A stretch of 62,818 bases of DNA, filler included, from Chiloscyllium plagiosum (lineage: Eukaryota): the NCBI RefSeq assembly GCF_004010195.1. It is 6 parts of 2 records of this genome, joined end to end, with 100 filler letters (N's around TTAATTAATTAA, not from the genome) between each part and the next. Parts side by side here need not be neighbours in the genome. Positions count along the whole stretch, not along the records: positions 36,973 to 58,281 come from NC_057715.1; 5 more parts are not named here. The stretch is one strand, 5' to 3'. The notes under the pieces were generated by a model that was not told the DNA's origin, made no database searches, and saw nothing but the letters and a program-made list of their open reading frames with translations. Position numbers and translations under genes: made by a program. Shown piece by piece: positions 37,461 through 51,030 of this stretch (position 1 is the stretch's first letter; each line of letters starts with the position of its first letter).

Positions 37461-38760
37461 TCTGTTTCCATTTGGAAGAAAATGGGCTGATCAGTGATAG
37501 GCAGCACCAGTTGTGCAGCGAAGGTCATGTCTTACCAACCTAACAGAATTCTTTGAGGAAGTGACAAAGTTGACTGAGGGAAGGGCTGTAGATGTCATAC
37601 ACATGGACTTCAGTTAGGCGTTTTATAAGGTTCCCCATGGTAGGCTGATGGAGAAAGTGAAGTGTCATGGGTTCCAGGATATACCAGCTAAGTGGATAGA
37701 GAACTGGCTGGGCAGCAGGAGACAGAGAGTAGTAGTGGAAGAGAGTTTCTCAAAATAGAGAACTGTGACCAGTGATGTTCCACAGGGATCAGTGCTGGGA
37801 CCGCTGTAGTTTGTGATATACATAAATGATCTGGAGGAAGGTATAGGTGATCTGATTAGCAAGTTTGCAGATGACACTAAGATTGGTGGAGTAGCAGATA
37901 GTGAAGAGGTCTGTCAGAGACGGCAGCAGAATAGACAGATTGGAGAGCTGGGCAGAGAAATGGTAGATGGGAGTTCAATCTGGGCAAATGTGAGGTGATG
38001 CATTTTGGAAGATACAATTCAAGTGCGAACTACACAGTAAATGGAAAGGTCCTGGGGAATATTGATGTACAGAGAGGTCTGGGTGTTCAGGTCCATTGTT
38101 CCCTGAAGGTGGCAACACAGGTCAGTAGAGTGGTCAAGAAGGCATACGACATGAGGTATTAAGTACAAGAGATGGCAGGTCAAAGTACAGTTGTACAGGT
38201 CTTTAGTTTGGCCAAATTTAGAATACTGCGTTCAGTTCTGGTCCCCACATTACCAAAAGGATGTGGATGCTTTGGAGAGGGTGCAGAGGAGGTTCACCAG
38301 GACGTTGCCTGGTATGGAGGGTGCCAGTTATGAAGAGACGTTGAGTAGATTAGGATTATTTTCATTAGAAAGACAGAGGTTGAGGGGGGGGACCTGATTG
38401 AGGTCTCCAAAATCATGAAAGGTAAAGACAGGGTGGATAGCAAGGCGCTTTCTCCCAGAGTGGGGAACTCAATTACTAGGGGCCATGAGTTCAAGGTGAG
38501 AGGGGAAAAGTTTAAGGGAGATATGCATGGAAAGTCCTTTACGCAGAGGATGGTGGGTGCGTGGAACACTATGCCAGCAGAGGTAGTAGAGGCATGACGA
38601 TAGTGTCATTTAAGATGTATAGAGACTGATACATGAATGGGCAGTGAGCAGAGGGATACAGATCCTTAGAAAATAGGCAACAAGCTTAGATAGAGGATCT
38701 GGATAGGTGAAGACTTGGAGGGCCGAAGGGCCTGATCCTGTGCTATATTTTCTTTGTTCT
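37461..38760 (+). mobile_element. Host CR1 ORF2, right half (RT core to 3' end)
   Basis: HLEENGLISDRQH..PQGSVLGP..YINDLE..KFADDTK..LEYCVQFWSP..gaagggcctgatcctgtg. Confidence 0.9.
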
Positions 38761-38761
38761 T

Positions 38762-39910
38762 TATCCTGGAAACCTTCTTAACCCCATTATTACTTGCCCT
38801 GCTACCTTCGGGGTTCTGTAGATATGTATACTAAATTCCCTCTGATCATCAGTACTTAACAAGGTCCTACTGTTCACTATGTAATCTCTTGCCTTGTTAG
38901 CCTTCCCCAAATACATTATCCCGCATTTTTCTGGACTGAATTTCATTTGTCACTGTTCTGCTCACCTGCCTCGTCCATTGATATCCTCTTTAGTTTACAG
39001 CTATCTTTTGGTTTACCACCTTATTAATTTTTATTTCTAGTGCATATCTCCCACATTTCAGTCCAAATCACTACTGTACACTACAAACAGCAAGGCTCTA
39101 GAACTAAGCCCTGTGGAACTCCACTGAAAACATACTTCAAATCAAAGAAACATTCCTGTACTCTCAGAAGCCCACTCTGGATCCAACTTGCCACTTTGCT
39201 TGGATTCTATGGGCTCTTGCTTTCTTGACCAGTCTGCCATGAGAATCCTTATCAGAAGTCTTGCTAATATCCATGCAGACTGTGCTACATTTGTCAATAC
39301 TCTTTACTTCCTCCTCAAAACATTTGAACAGATTTATCGAATACAATCTTCCTTAATAAATCAATGCTATCTGATTAATCATGTCTCTCCAAATGCAGAT
39401 ATATTCTGTCCATCAGAATTCTTTCTAATAAATACCCCGCCCTGAAGTTAGTTCTAATTTCCTGGTTGATCCCTTCCTCCCTTTTTTAAAAATAGAACAA
39501 TGTTGTAGTCCTCCAGTCCTCTTCACTTGTGGCCAGAGACAATTTGAAAATTACTGCAAAGACCCATGATATCTACTTCCTTGTCTCCCTCAACAACTTG
39601 GAATACTTCTCATCTGGGACTGCAGACTTATAAAATTTTCTGAATGCTGAACATTCTAGTCCCTCTTTCCATGTTAATTTATTCTAATATTTCACAGTCC
39701 TCCATTCTGACATCTATGCCACATTATCTTTTTCCATCGTGAACCCTGTTGGAAAGCAGTCATTGAGGACAGTGCCCGCATCTTCTGGGTTCACACAGAT
39801 TCTCTGTGTGGTCGCAAATACGCTCTGGTCATTACTTTGCTGTTCATATACTTTTAAAAATCTCTTTATTCTACACATCAATGCTTTCTCAGACACACTG
39901 CTTTACTAGT
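38762..39910 (-). mobile_element. Old degenerate CR1 ORF2
   Basis: Minus-strand remnants KFSPEKCGIMYLGKAN, MDISKTSDKDSHGRLV, VPQG. Confidence 0.7.
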
Positions 39911-40339
39911 TTCCTTTTTAAGCTTCTAGCCTGAACCCTTTATATTCCACCGCTCTGACAACTTTGTGTTTGCAGCTGCTCCCAGTCCACTTAGACCAAT
40001 GTGTATCTAATCATTGTTGTGATTAAACCTCAACATTTACTATTTCTTTTCAATGTCATTTATTGTAAGTTTGGTTATTAGTTTGATTTAGGGACACATG
40101 GGCTTTTAATGTGTTGAACTTGTAACTATTTCTGTAGCCATGTGTTTTCTTTTAAAAGCTTTTGAGGCCTGTCCTTAGAAGTATTAGGTTTCTCTTGATT
40201 GTGTTGTGACCCAGCAAAGAGAAATAATGGGGATTCAGAGAAGTTCTTTGTTAAAGATTTCTGAAACTTAATTTTTTTTTCCAGGCTTAAGGGAGACCCC
40301 ATAGCTTAAGAGATATTTTTAGTTTTGAGTTTTGAACAG

Positions 40340-43240
40340 TCACTGGTTGGGCCAGCATTTATTGCCTGTCCTTTATTGCCCCTTGAGAAGGTGGTGGTGA
40401 ACTGTCTTCTTGAACTGCTGCATTCCACTGCTGTGGGTTGACCCACAATGTTATTTGGGACAGAATTCCAGGATTTTGACCCAGCAACAGTGAAAGAACT
40501 GTGATATATTTCCAAGTAAAGATGTGAGTGGCTTGGAGAGGAACTTGCATGTTATGGTAATCCCATACATCTGCTGCCTTTGTACTTCTAAACAGAAGGT
40601 GCTGTATGAAGAGTTCTGGTGAATTTCGGTAGTGCATCTTATACATAGTACATACTGCTGCTACTGTGTGTCAGTGGTGGAGGCTGTGGATGTGGTACCA
40701 ATTAAGCAGGGACTGCTTTGTCCTGGATGGTGTCAAGTTTTTTTGAGTGTTGTTGGAGCTGCCCCATCCAGGCAAGTGGGGAGTATTCCATCACACTACT
40801 GACTTGTGCCTTGTAGATGGTGGAACAGGCTTTGAGGAGTCTGATCCCAAGATGTTGATAATGGGGGAATTCAGTGATGGTAACACCATTGAATGTCAAG
40901 GAGTGATGTCAAGGACGGTCTCTTATTAGTGATGGTCATACGGCATTTGTGTGGCACGACTGTTACTTGCCACTTGGCAACCTAAGCTTGGATATTGTCC
41001 TGATCTTGTTGCATTTATATACTGACTGTTCCAGTATCTGAGGACTCACGAATTTTGCTAAACACTGCAATCATCGGTGAACATTCCCACTTCTGATCTT
41101 ATGATGGAGAGAAAGCCGCTGATGAAATAGCTGAAGATGGTTGGGCCTAGGACACGACCCTTAAGAACTCCTGCAGAAACATCCTGGAGCTCAGATGACT
41201 GACCTCCAACAACCCAACTATCTTCCTATGTGACAGGTATGACTCCAACCAGCGAGGGTTTGCCCCCAATACCCGTTGATTCCAGTTTTTCCAGAGTTCC
41301 TTGATGCCACACATAATCGAATGCAGCCTTGATGTTAATGGCTGTCACTCTCTCCTCACCTTTGGAATTCTTGTGTCCATGCTTGAAGCAAGGCTGTAAT
41401 GAGGTCACAGGAGCTGATGGCTTTAGCAGAATGCCAGCTGGGTATTACTAAGCAGGTTATTGCTGAGAAGGTGCTGCTTGGTAGCACTGATGACACCTTC
41501 CATCACTTTACTGATGATTGAGAGTAAACAGAGATGGAGCGATAACTGTTCAGATTGGATTTATATATATTTATTTACTTTTTCTGTAAATGACATGTAG
41601 ATTTCTGTGCAATTTTCCACATAGTCAGGTAGATGCCAGTATTGTAACTCTACTGAAAGGGCTTGGCCAGGGGAGCGGCAAGTTCTGGAGCACAGGTCCT
41701 CAGTACTATTGCTGGGACCTTGTCAAGAATACTTGCCTTTGCAGTATTAAGTGCTTCCAGACATTTCTTGATATGTGGAGTGAATTCAATTGGCTGAAGA
41801 TGAAGAATTAACCAATCTACACTTCTGGCTGAAGATTGCGGTGAAAGCTTGAGCCTAGTCTTTTGCACTCAATTGCTGAGCTTTTCCATCATTGAAGATG
41901 GGGATATTTGTCAAGCCTTCTATTCCAGTGAATTGTTTAATTGTTCACCACTAGTCATGACTGTGACTGCAGAGTTTAGATCTGACCTATTAGTTGTGGG
42001 ATCACCTGACCACAATGGCATCATTTAAAAGGCTGGATGGGTATATGAATAGGAAGGGACTGACAGGTGGGTCGAGATTGGGTTGGGATATCTGGTCAGA
42101 ATGGACGGGTTGGACCAAAGGGTCTGCTTCTGTGCTGTACACCTCTATGACTCTATAGCTCTTTCTGTGACTTGCTGCTTATGTTGTTTGGCACACAAAC
42201 AGTCCTGTTTGGTGACCTCGCTGGGTTGACACCTCATTTTCAGGTATGCCTGGTGCTGCTCCTGGTATGCTCTCCTGCAGTCTCCATTGAACCAGGGTTG
42301 ATCCCCTGCCTTAACGTAATGGTTGATTGGGGATATGCCAAGCAGAGGTTACAGATTGTGCTGGAGCACAATTCTGTTGTTGATGGCCCACAGTGCCTCA
42401 TGGATTCCCAGTTGAGTTACTGGATCTGTTTAAAGTCTGTCCCATTTAGCACGGTGATAGTACCACACAACACGATGGAGGGTACTGTCAACGTGAAATC
42501 GGAACTTCTTATCCACAAGCATGGTGCGGTAGTCAGTCATACCGATAATGTCATGACAGCAGATTGGTAAGGATGAGGCCAAGTATATTTTTCCCTCTTG
42601 TTGGGTCCCTCACCACCTGCCACAGACCCAGTCCAGCAGCTACATCCTTTAGGGCCCGACCAGCTCGATCAGTAATGCTGCTGCTGCTCCACTCTTGGTA
42701 GTGGACAGTGAAATCTCCCATATTCTGTGCCCTTTCCACCTTCCGTGCTTCCTCCATGTGGTAGTAGACATGGAGAAGTCCTGATACGTCAGCCAGGGAA
42801 AAATGTATCATGGTATTCAGCAGGAGATTTCCTACCTATGTTTAATCTGAAGCCATGAGATTTCATGATGTCCAGAGTGAATGTTGATGATTTCCAGAGC
42901 AACTCCCTTCTGAATGTATTCTAGTGTGCTGCCACCTCTACTAGCTATGTCCTGTTGGTGTGACAGGACCTATCCAAAAATGTTGATGGGGAGATCTGGG
43001 ACATTGTCACACTCATGAATCATACCTTACAGGCAATATCAGGCTGTTACTTGACTAGTCTGTGAGGCAGCTCTCCCAATTTTGGCACTAGCCCCTAGAT
43101 GTTGACAAGGAGGTGGACTTTTCAGGGTCTTCAGGGCTATTTCTGCGATTGTCTTTTCTGGTGCCTAGGTCGATGCCAGGTAATCGCTCCGGTTTTGTTT
43201 CTTTGTAGTGATTGGTACAACTGAATGACTTGTGAGGGGC
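40340..43240 (-). mobile_element. Long degenerate family Z CR1-group LINE (APE + RT + 3' end)
   Basis: GDFTVHYQEW..PTRGKNILGLILTNL; PAIVLRTCAPELAAPLAK; IKAAFDYVWHQG; IYKAQVSSVMEYSPLAW; family Z tail. A CR1 3' fragment is inserted at ~42015-42157(+). Confidence 0.82.
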
Positions 43241-44399
43241 TGAATTGTCTACTCCGGCTCCAAGTTCTTCTGTTCTGGCTGGCCTTCATAAACGAATCAT
43301 CACTCTTTCTATTTTCCAAGGCCTAAAACTCGCTAGGCATCAAGCGAGATGAACTCACAGGACTCACTCACTACCTGCCTGATCTCCTTCTGACTGATGG
43401 TCACCCATTCCTTCTCTGCCAGCATGTCCTTATACTGTAAAGTAACTGCATCTCGAATCAAGCTCCTCAACCTTGTGAATGCACAGTACTGTACCCAGCT
43501 GCCAATCAACAGCAACTTGGAGCTCAAGTCATTCATTCTACATCCACACTCCAACAATTTAGGATTTGCAAATCACAGCCTCCACGGACATACTGCAACT
43601 AAATAGCATGCAAATCCTTGTTTTCGTTTTACCTTTACTCAAGTATAGACTAGAAAAGTGTTATTCTTCTTTATGGCTCAAGTGGCACTCAGGTTTTTCA
43701 CCAGTCTTTCTGCAGGGTCCTCACCTTACCCATTCTTTTCAGGTAAGGCTGACAGGATCCTGACCTTGCCCTTTCCTTTCCCTAATCTGACCTAATTTGC
43801 CGGAAAATCTTTTACGATTTGTACATCCTTTTCTTTCTTGTGATAGCTATCTTACTTTTCTACCTGCTCTTCCTAACTTTCCAAATTTTCCCTCCCTTGA
43901 ACCTTCCACTGTCTCCTCTACCCTCACCCCCGAAAACATTTTAAAATTCAATCTACAGTCCTGTTTATTGATTTGACAGAATTCTGTTCCCAGTATGATT
44001 CAGATAATGTCCATGCCAATGGGACTGTTCCCTCTTTCCCTGATACTGGAGCCAGTGCCCAGAAAGATCAACTTCTCCCATACCAATCTTTGAGCTGCAC
44101 ATTCCATTCTTTGATCTTCTTGGCCCTGTGTCAATTTGTTTATGGATCAGGTAGCAATTCAGAGATTATTATCTTTTGTAGTACTGCATTTTTAAACTCT
44201 CGTAGCTGCTCATACTCCTTCTGCAAATCTTCTTGCCCAGATACCTTTTTTGCTCTGTGTTGGATCTCAGTGTCCAAAGTTCAGAACTCAAAGTTCCTCA
44301 AATTACTGAAACTTACTGTTGTGGATCAACAGTGTTTAACCACAGTAGAAATTGGAAGACAGCTAGCAACCAGGCTTTTAAAATTCTTTCAAGGAATAA

Positions 44400-44665
44400 G
44401 GGCATCACTGGTCAGGCTGGGTCAGCATTTGTTGCCCTACCCTAATTGCCCAGAGAGCAGTTAAGATTCAACCACATTGTTGCAGGCCTGGAGTCACATG
44501 TGAGTCAGACCTGGTAAGGATGCAGATTTCCTTTCCTAAAGGATGTTAATGAACCAAACAGATGTTTAAGAAAACTAACAATGGTTTTGTGTTGACCATT
44601 AGGCCAGCTTGCATTAAAAATTCCAGAGTGTTTTTTGTATTGAATTTGAATTTCTGCTCTGGCGG
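44400..44665 (-). mobile_element. SINE sharing its 3' tail with family Z
   Basis: Same body at ~45350-45625(-), 51105-51445(-) and 54940-55215(+), all ending gggcaataaatgctggcc-like. B-box-like gggttcaaatcccac in the 51105 copy. Confidence 0.65.
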
Positions 44666-45077
44666 AATACACTGAAATAATCAAAGCTGATAGCATTCTT
44701 GTGGGTAATCTTGGGAATGACACAGATATGTAACAGAAAGGTCATTTTGGGATCACATGTTGACCCAGGTTAGCAAAATCTGATTCAGCTTCTGACAGTG
44801 CCAGAGACAATGAGGGAATGGAATTTTGTGGCAGGATATTAATACACTGGCTCTGGTCTTTCTAATACTAAATTAGAGCATTAACATTATCAGACATTTT
44901 AGTTTAATTACATTTAAATGTCAAATACCACAACAATTAAGGTCCATCCTCGTTACTGGAGAAAGTGTAGTCACATAACTGCAATGGCTGCTTGGTTCTA
45001 TAAAAATAACTTGACACTTTTGAAAACAGGGTTACATTAGTTATTTTCCAATATAAAGAAACATTTCCCAAATCTAA

Positions 45078-45211
45078 AGTTAAAAATCACACAACACCAG
45101 GTTATAGTCCAACAGGTTTATTTGGAAGCACTAGCTTTCGGAGCGCTGCTCCTTCATCAGATGGTTGTTCACCTAATGAACACCGTCCAAAACTGGCGTC
45201 TCCAAATCATG
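45078..45211. mobile_element. Penelope-like insertion (family C), internally deleted, 15-bp TSD
   Basis: TSD atttcccaaatctaa at 45063-45077 and 45212-45226. Minus-strand hammerhead core at 45129-45163. Confidence 0.85.
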
Positions 45212-45654
45212 ATTTCCCAAATCTAATGAGTTTTAGAAAACAACGCATCAACTATCTCACTAGCTACTTCTTTTAAAACTCTAGGATGAAATCTATCAGA
45301 ACCTTGGGATTTGTCAATTCACAATTCCAACAATATTTTAAAAGTTTATTCAATCACGTGACAAAGACGTCACTGGATAGGCCAACATTTATTGCCCATC
45401 CCTTATTGTCCAGAGGGCAGTTAAGAGTCAACCACATTTCTGTGGGTCTCGAGTCACATGGAGGCCACACCAGGTAAGGAAGGCAGTTGCCTTTTCTAAA
45501 GGAGATTAGTAAGCCAGATGGGCTTTTCCAACAATCGGCAATAGATTCATGGTCATTATTAAACTCTTAATTCTAGATTTTGATCAAATTCAAATTCCAC
45601 CATCTGCTATGGCAGCACTCGAACTCAGAGGTTTGTCTGAGCTAAGAGTGGGGT

Positions 45655-46260
45655 CTTGCATTTTGGAAAGTCAAATCAAGGTAGGAGTTTTGTGGTGAAT
45701 AATAGGGCATTTGAGGAGTGTAGTGGAACAGAGGGATCTTAGACTTCAGGTTCACAGTTCTCTGAAAGTGATGCCACAAGTAGACAGGGCCGAGAAGGCG
45801 GCTTTTGGCACACTGACCTTCATCAGTCAGGGCACTGAGTATAGAAGTTGGGAAGTCATGTTGCAGTTATACAGGACATTGGTGAGGCCACATTTGGAGT
45901 ATTGTGTTGTGTTTTGATTACATTATTATAAGAAGAATATTATTAAACTGGAAAGAGTGCAGAAGAAATTTACAAGGATGTTGCTTGGACTCAATGGTCT
46001 GAGTTATAGAGAGAGGTTGGACAAGCTAAGACTTTTTTCTTTCAAGTGTAGGAGACTGAGGAGAGATCTTATAGAGGTGTATAAGATCATGAGAGGCATG
46101 GATAGGGTGATCTTTTTCCCAGGACTGGGGAATCAAGGACGAGAGGGCATCAGTTTAAGGTTAGAGATGAAAGAATAAAAGGAAATCTGAGGGGCAACTT
46201 TTTATTTTACACAGAGGGTAGTGCGCATTTGGAATGAGCTGCCATTGGATGTGGTTGGAT
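45655..46260 (+). mobile_element. CR1 ORF2 3' portion
   Basis: LYRTLVRPHLEYC..RRLRRDLIEVYKIMRG. Confidence 0.85.
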
Positions 46261-46554
46261 TTGGGAGATCAGGTTGTGGATCAGCCTTATATAAGACTAA
46301 TACTGTACACAGTATTTCAGATATGTTCCACCAATATCCTGTACAGGTGAAGCATAACGTTGCTGCTTCTGCATTCAGTTTTCCTTGCAGTAAATGATGA
46401 AAAGGCAAGGATTCATCTGGAAGATCCATTACCAACCTTTTACACACCTGGTACCTTAATGATGGAGTCAAAGTTACCAATCAATTTATCAACCCAAAAG
46501 ATATGAAGTAAGGAAAATCTCAATGGGGAGGGCTGAGAGAGCCATATGTACAAA

Positions 46555-47136
46555 GGGTAGAGGGATTGAGCTTCAGAGCCACGAGGTCATGCTGCAGCTG
46601 TACAAAATTCTGGTGCGGCTGCACTTGTAGTATTGCATACAGTTCTGGTCACCGCTTTATAGAAAGGAAGGTTTGGAAGGGGTTCACAGAAGATTTACTA
46701 GGATGATGCCTGGTATGGAGGAAAGGTCTTATGAGGAAAAGCTGAGTGACTTGAGGCTGTTTTCATTAGAGAGAAGACTGAGAGGTGACTTATATATCTC
46801 AATTAAGATAATCAGAGGGTTAGACAGGGTGGACAGGGAGAGCCTTTTTCTCGGATGGTGATGGCTAGCATGAGGGAACACGGCTTTATATTGAGGGGTG
46901 ATAGATATTGGACAGATGTCAGAGGTAGTTTCTTTACTCAGAGTATTATGGTGTGGAATGCAGTGCCTACAACAGTAGTAGACTCACCAACTTTAAGGGC
47001 ATTGAATGGTCATTGGACAAACATATGGATGAAATTGGAATAGTGTTGGATAGATGGGCTTCAGATTGGTTCCACAGGTTAGCGCAACATCAAGGGCCAA
47101 AGGGCCTGTACTGTGCGGTAACGTTCTATGTTCTAA
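46555..47136 (+). mobile_element. CR1 3' portion
   Basis: RRFTRMMPG..RRLRGDL; tail ttctatgttcta. Confidence 0.85.
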
Positions 47137-48109
47137 ACGCACAAATTCACTTTTTATCCCAAGCACTTGCTACCAACTGTGACTAGAATTTCCTTTTAGA
47201 GCTTAACTGAAAGAAAATACTAAACTTATCAATCATCTAAATCCTTCTACACAAGAATCAAATGGTTCGCCTTCATTGCCCCAGCAATTCTGGGACTGAA
47301 CAAAAACACAAAGCCATTAACAACTTCCTTTAGCAATCCAGTTATAAGATTCTTTAACAAGTATGCAACAACTCCACAGCATTTTTCCCCAAATATTCTC
47401 ACTTGCCATTTCCCCAAATGTATTCTCTGAGCCATATGATCTAGAGGAGCATTACTGCCTGATATCCTGTTGTTTAGTTTCATTTTGGCTAGAGTTGAAA
47501 TACAGTCTAGTATGGTGCCAACTTTACAAATAAAACTCTCAAGAGGCTGTCACATCAGTTCATTAAGACTAAAAATGTAGCTTGTATTTAAAACTAAGAG
47601 CTTGGCAGAGAGTCATGAAAAATCAAAGTTACATGCGCATCTTCATGTTGCAGTTTTCAAGTTAAAAAAAAACCTGCAAATCCTAGTGTTATCTAATATT
47701 TTACCTAATTCACTTTCCATGTTATAAAATAAAACATTTCATGTCATGAGATACCATTCCTAGCAATGACCATCATTCAGGAGTTATCAACGTCAGCTCA
47801 GCCTATTTGCGGCAAGAAGATCATATTCCATTGGTCTTCATAATGTTTTATCCTGTTACAAAGCAAGTACTTTATCACAATGACCTTGTGCGCTGAGCTA
47901 CCACAGTTGAAATGGTATTTAATCTTGTTAGACTGTGTTTATGTAGTAAATGTTACTAAAGGATTAAGTACAAAACAATAATTATATACTACATTTAAAA
48001 ATCAGACTGTAACTCATTCAACTATGCCCTATGATCAACTCTAGCTTAACATTAAATTAAATCTTGAAACCATTTCTAACTTACATTACTCCATAATCAA
48101 AAACAAACA

Positions 48110-49105
48110 GATAGTGGTGTTGTAAATCTGAAACAAAATCAGAAATAACTAGAGACACTCAGCAAGTCTGGCAGGATCTGTGGAGACAGAAACACTGGGG
48201 TGCTGTATCTCTGTCTTATTTGTTCTGATGATACTGCCTTCCAAAGAGGGCCTCAGAAACGTCCACCATTTCCTCAATGAAGGCTCCCTCACCAATGTGC
48301 TTGACAGGGCCCTCAGCCATGTCAGACATGTTTCCCACAATGCTGCCCTCACCCCCTCCTCACAACCCCAATAGGGTTCCCCTTGTCCTCCCCTACTATC
48401 TCATCAGCACCCACATCCAAAGGATCATTAGCCACTATTTCCACCATTACCAACAGGATGCCAGAACCAGACATATGTTCCCTCCACTCCTTTGCCAGCC
48501 TTCCACAGGAACTGTTCCCTCTAGACATCTTGGTTCACTTCTCCTTCATTCCCAACACCTCCCCTCATCACCTACCCATGCAATTGCAGAAGATGTAACA
48601 CCTGCTTGTTTACTTCCTCCCTTCTCATGATCCAAAACCCCAGACACACCTTCTAGATGAAGCAGTTCACAAAGTGGTCTCCTCTATATTTGGGAGACTA
48701 AACTCAGACTAGGTGACAGCTTTGCAGAAATCTTATGTTATGTCTGCAAAAATGACCTTCCAGTTGCCTGCCACTTCAACATGCCAACATATTCTCTGAC
48801 CAACATCTCTACCTTGGGCTTGCTGCAGTGATTCAGCAAAGCTCAGCACAAGCTGGAAGAACAGCATCTTATTTTCTGCTTGGATATCATGCAGCCTTCA
48901 GGACTCAATCTTTTAGGGCCTGAACATATTCTTCCTCTGCACCCCATTACACTTCACCATCCTCACTGTCACCCTCAGCATACATACCTTTTCCTAGCTA
49001 CAATCACTTCTGTAGAAAGGTCATTAGATGCAAAACAGGGACTCTGCTTTCTCCCCATAGATTCTGCCAGACCTGTTGTGTTTCTCCAGCTATTTGTAGT
49101 TCTGA
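48110..49105 (+). mobile_element. Degenerate Penelope-like element with GIY-YIG remnant (family D)
   Basis: Inverted pLTR at the 5' end, RVPLVLPY motif, GLLYIWETKLRLGDSFAE (YIGET-type) at ~48676, and a 3' pLTR matching 22795/23605. Confidence 0.72.
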
Positions 49106-50029
49106 TACATTATTTAAAGATTCCCATGAGGAAATGGAACAGTCTTGTATCAGGATTTCACTATACGAACTCAGTACATTTTAACTTAGATCATGTAGAG
49201 GTTATATCACATTTTTCCTGCTTGTCCTTCCAAAGTATTTCTCACAGCACAGTCCTGGGATTGTTGGGAGTCTGCAGAAACTCTTGAGGTTATGTAAGTG
49301 AGCAGTGAAATAGGGCCTTGCTCAATGTGGGCTTGGTATGAGACTGGAGAGGGAAGCAGAGTGAGACTGTATTGTGGGCAAAATGACTTAGCTGTTTCTC
49401 TTGAAGGGGAGGACACATGGAGATGGATCAAGAGTGGCAGGAAGATCAGCAGGTAAACCCACAGTTACTGAGGGTGGGAATCGCAATCTGGTGAATTTAG
49501 CAGTGACAGAGATGAGAGGTTTGTAAAATTTTACTGCTTAAACTCAATTAAGGTTCACAAAACGTAAGTTTTCCTAGGAATTAAGAAGATTTTAGAGTAA
49601 AACTTAGATGAAGAAGGATCCATAATTACTAATTCATTTGAAAAGTGATCCTTCAACCAAAAATGTTTGAAACGACTGCTTTGGGAGGCAACACACCACC
49701 AAGGATCTTGAGTCACTTCAGATGCTGAAGTCATTTGTGCAATGTACAAGAGATTCTTAGGCCACTTCTGTTTCTATAAAGTTTCATAAACTAACAAGTT
49801 GTGGGGGTAACAGAGAAGAATATTTGGAAGAGATCTGCAAAGTCTGACCAAAATCTCAAATGCACACCTCTTCAGCACCAATAAACCGGGCAATAAACTT
49901 TACATTTTTCTTCCTAACATTTCCAATTTTTCTTTCAAACAACCTACAGCAAACAAATTAATGAAACACATTTTGTTATTAACTTGAGAATATCATAAGC
50001 ATTCAGAGCTAAAAAGCCTGTCATACAGT

Positions 50030-51030
50030 CAGACAACACAGAAACAAGACACATTAGCCCAACTCATCCACACCTAACAAACCTCCCAATCTGACCTAGT
50101 CCCATTTGCCAGCACTTAGCCCATATACCTCTGAACCCTTCATATTCATATCTATTCAGATGCCTTTTAAGTGTTGTATTTGTACTTACCTTGACCACTT
50201 CCTCTGGTAGGTCATTTCATACTGGGTTAAGATGGTGGCAGAGTAGGATGCATCCAATGGAGTTCATCCATTCAATCCACTTGCTATTCTCGTTTCTCTC
50301 TTTTTTAGTTTATCTTTCTTCCTCTCTCTTCTCCCGGTCTCTGACTCAGCACAAACCCGGCACGGCAACCTCCCGGCCTGGCATGGCTGTCTCCTAGCCC
50401 GGCTGACTTTCTGCCTGGTGTGGCAGTCTCTCGGCCCTGCATCATGGTTTTTCAGCAGTACATGGCGTCACTCTGCCCAGCATTGTAGTCTTTCAGTGGT
50501 ACATCGTGATCTCTTGGTCCGGCGTAGCCTCAGCGTGGACTTCCAGTCTCAAGGGGATTCCTCCCACCATAGCTAAGCACTTAAGACTGCAATGTTTGAA
50601 CTTTCAGATTTATATATATCTTTTCTACTTTAAACTAAGAAGGACTGCAATGTGTAACTTTTAACCTTTTTCCATGTGTTTTACACTATATTATCATCAC
50701 TGCTATGTTTAACTTTAACTTTCTTTCTACCTTGTACTTGATACTTGAATCTAAGATGGCGCCTTGTGTGGCAACACTGCACACTTTTCACTGTACTCCT
50801 GTACTTTTGTACTTCAGTACAAATGATAATAAAAATAAAAATCAGATAAAATCACACTCGCATCACCCTCTGCATGAAATGTTACTCATATCCTTTATAA
50901 ATATTTTCCCTCTCACCTTAAACCTACGCCCTCTAGTTATGGATCCTCCCACCCTAGACAACAAGACCTTGGCCATTCACCCTATCCATGCACCTCATGA
51001 TTTTATAAACTCTGTAAGGTCACCCCTCTC
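50030..51030 (-). mobile_element. CR1 3' portion interrupted by a ~630-bp insert (~50223-50852)
   Basis: CR1 tail at ~50030-50220 resumes at ~50853. The insert starts aagatgg and ends ttttcactgtac...ataaaaataaaaatc. Confidence 0.65.

Noticed and set aside
44745..49780. Possible minus-strand exons in unique AT-rich DNA (e.g. KQKWPKNLLYIAQ...FSNEL at ~49630-49775; KDQSQCINILPQ...VIPK* at ~44745-44865)
   Set aside because: Splice signals are only weakly plausible and I recognise no protein homology; would need blastx or RNA-seq.
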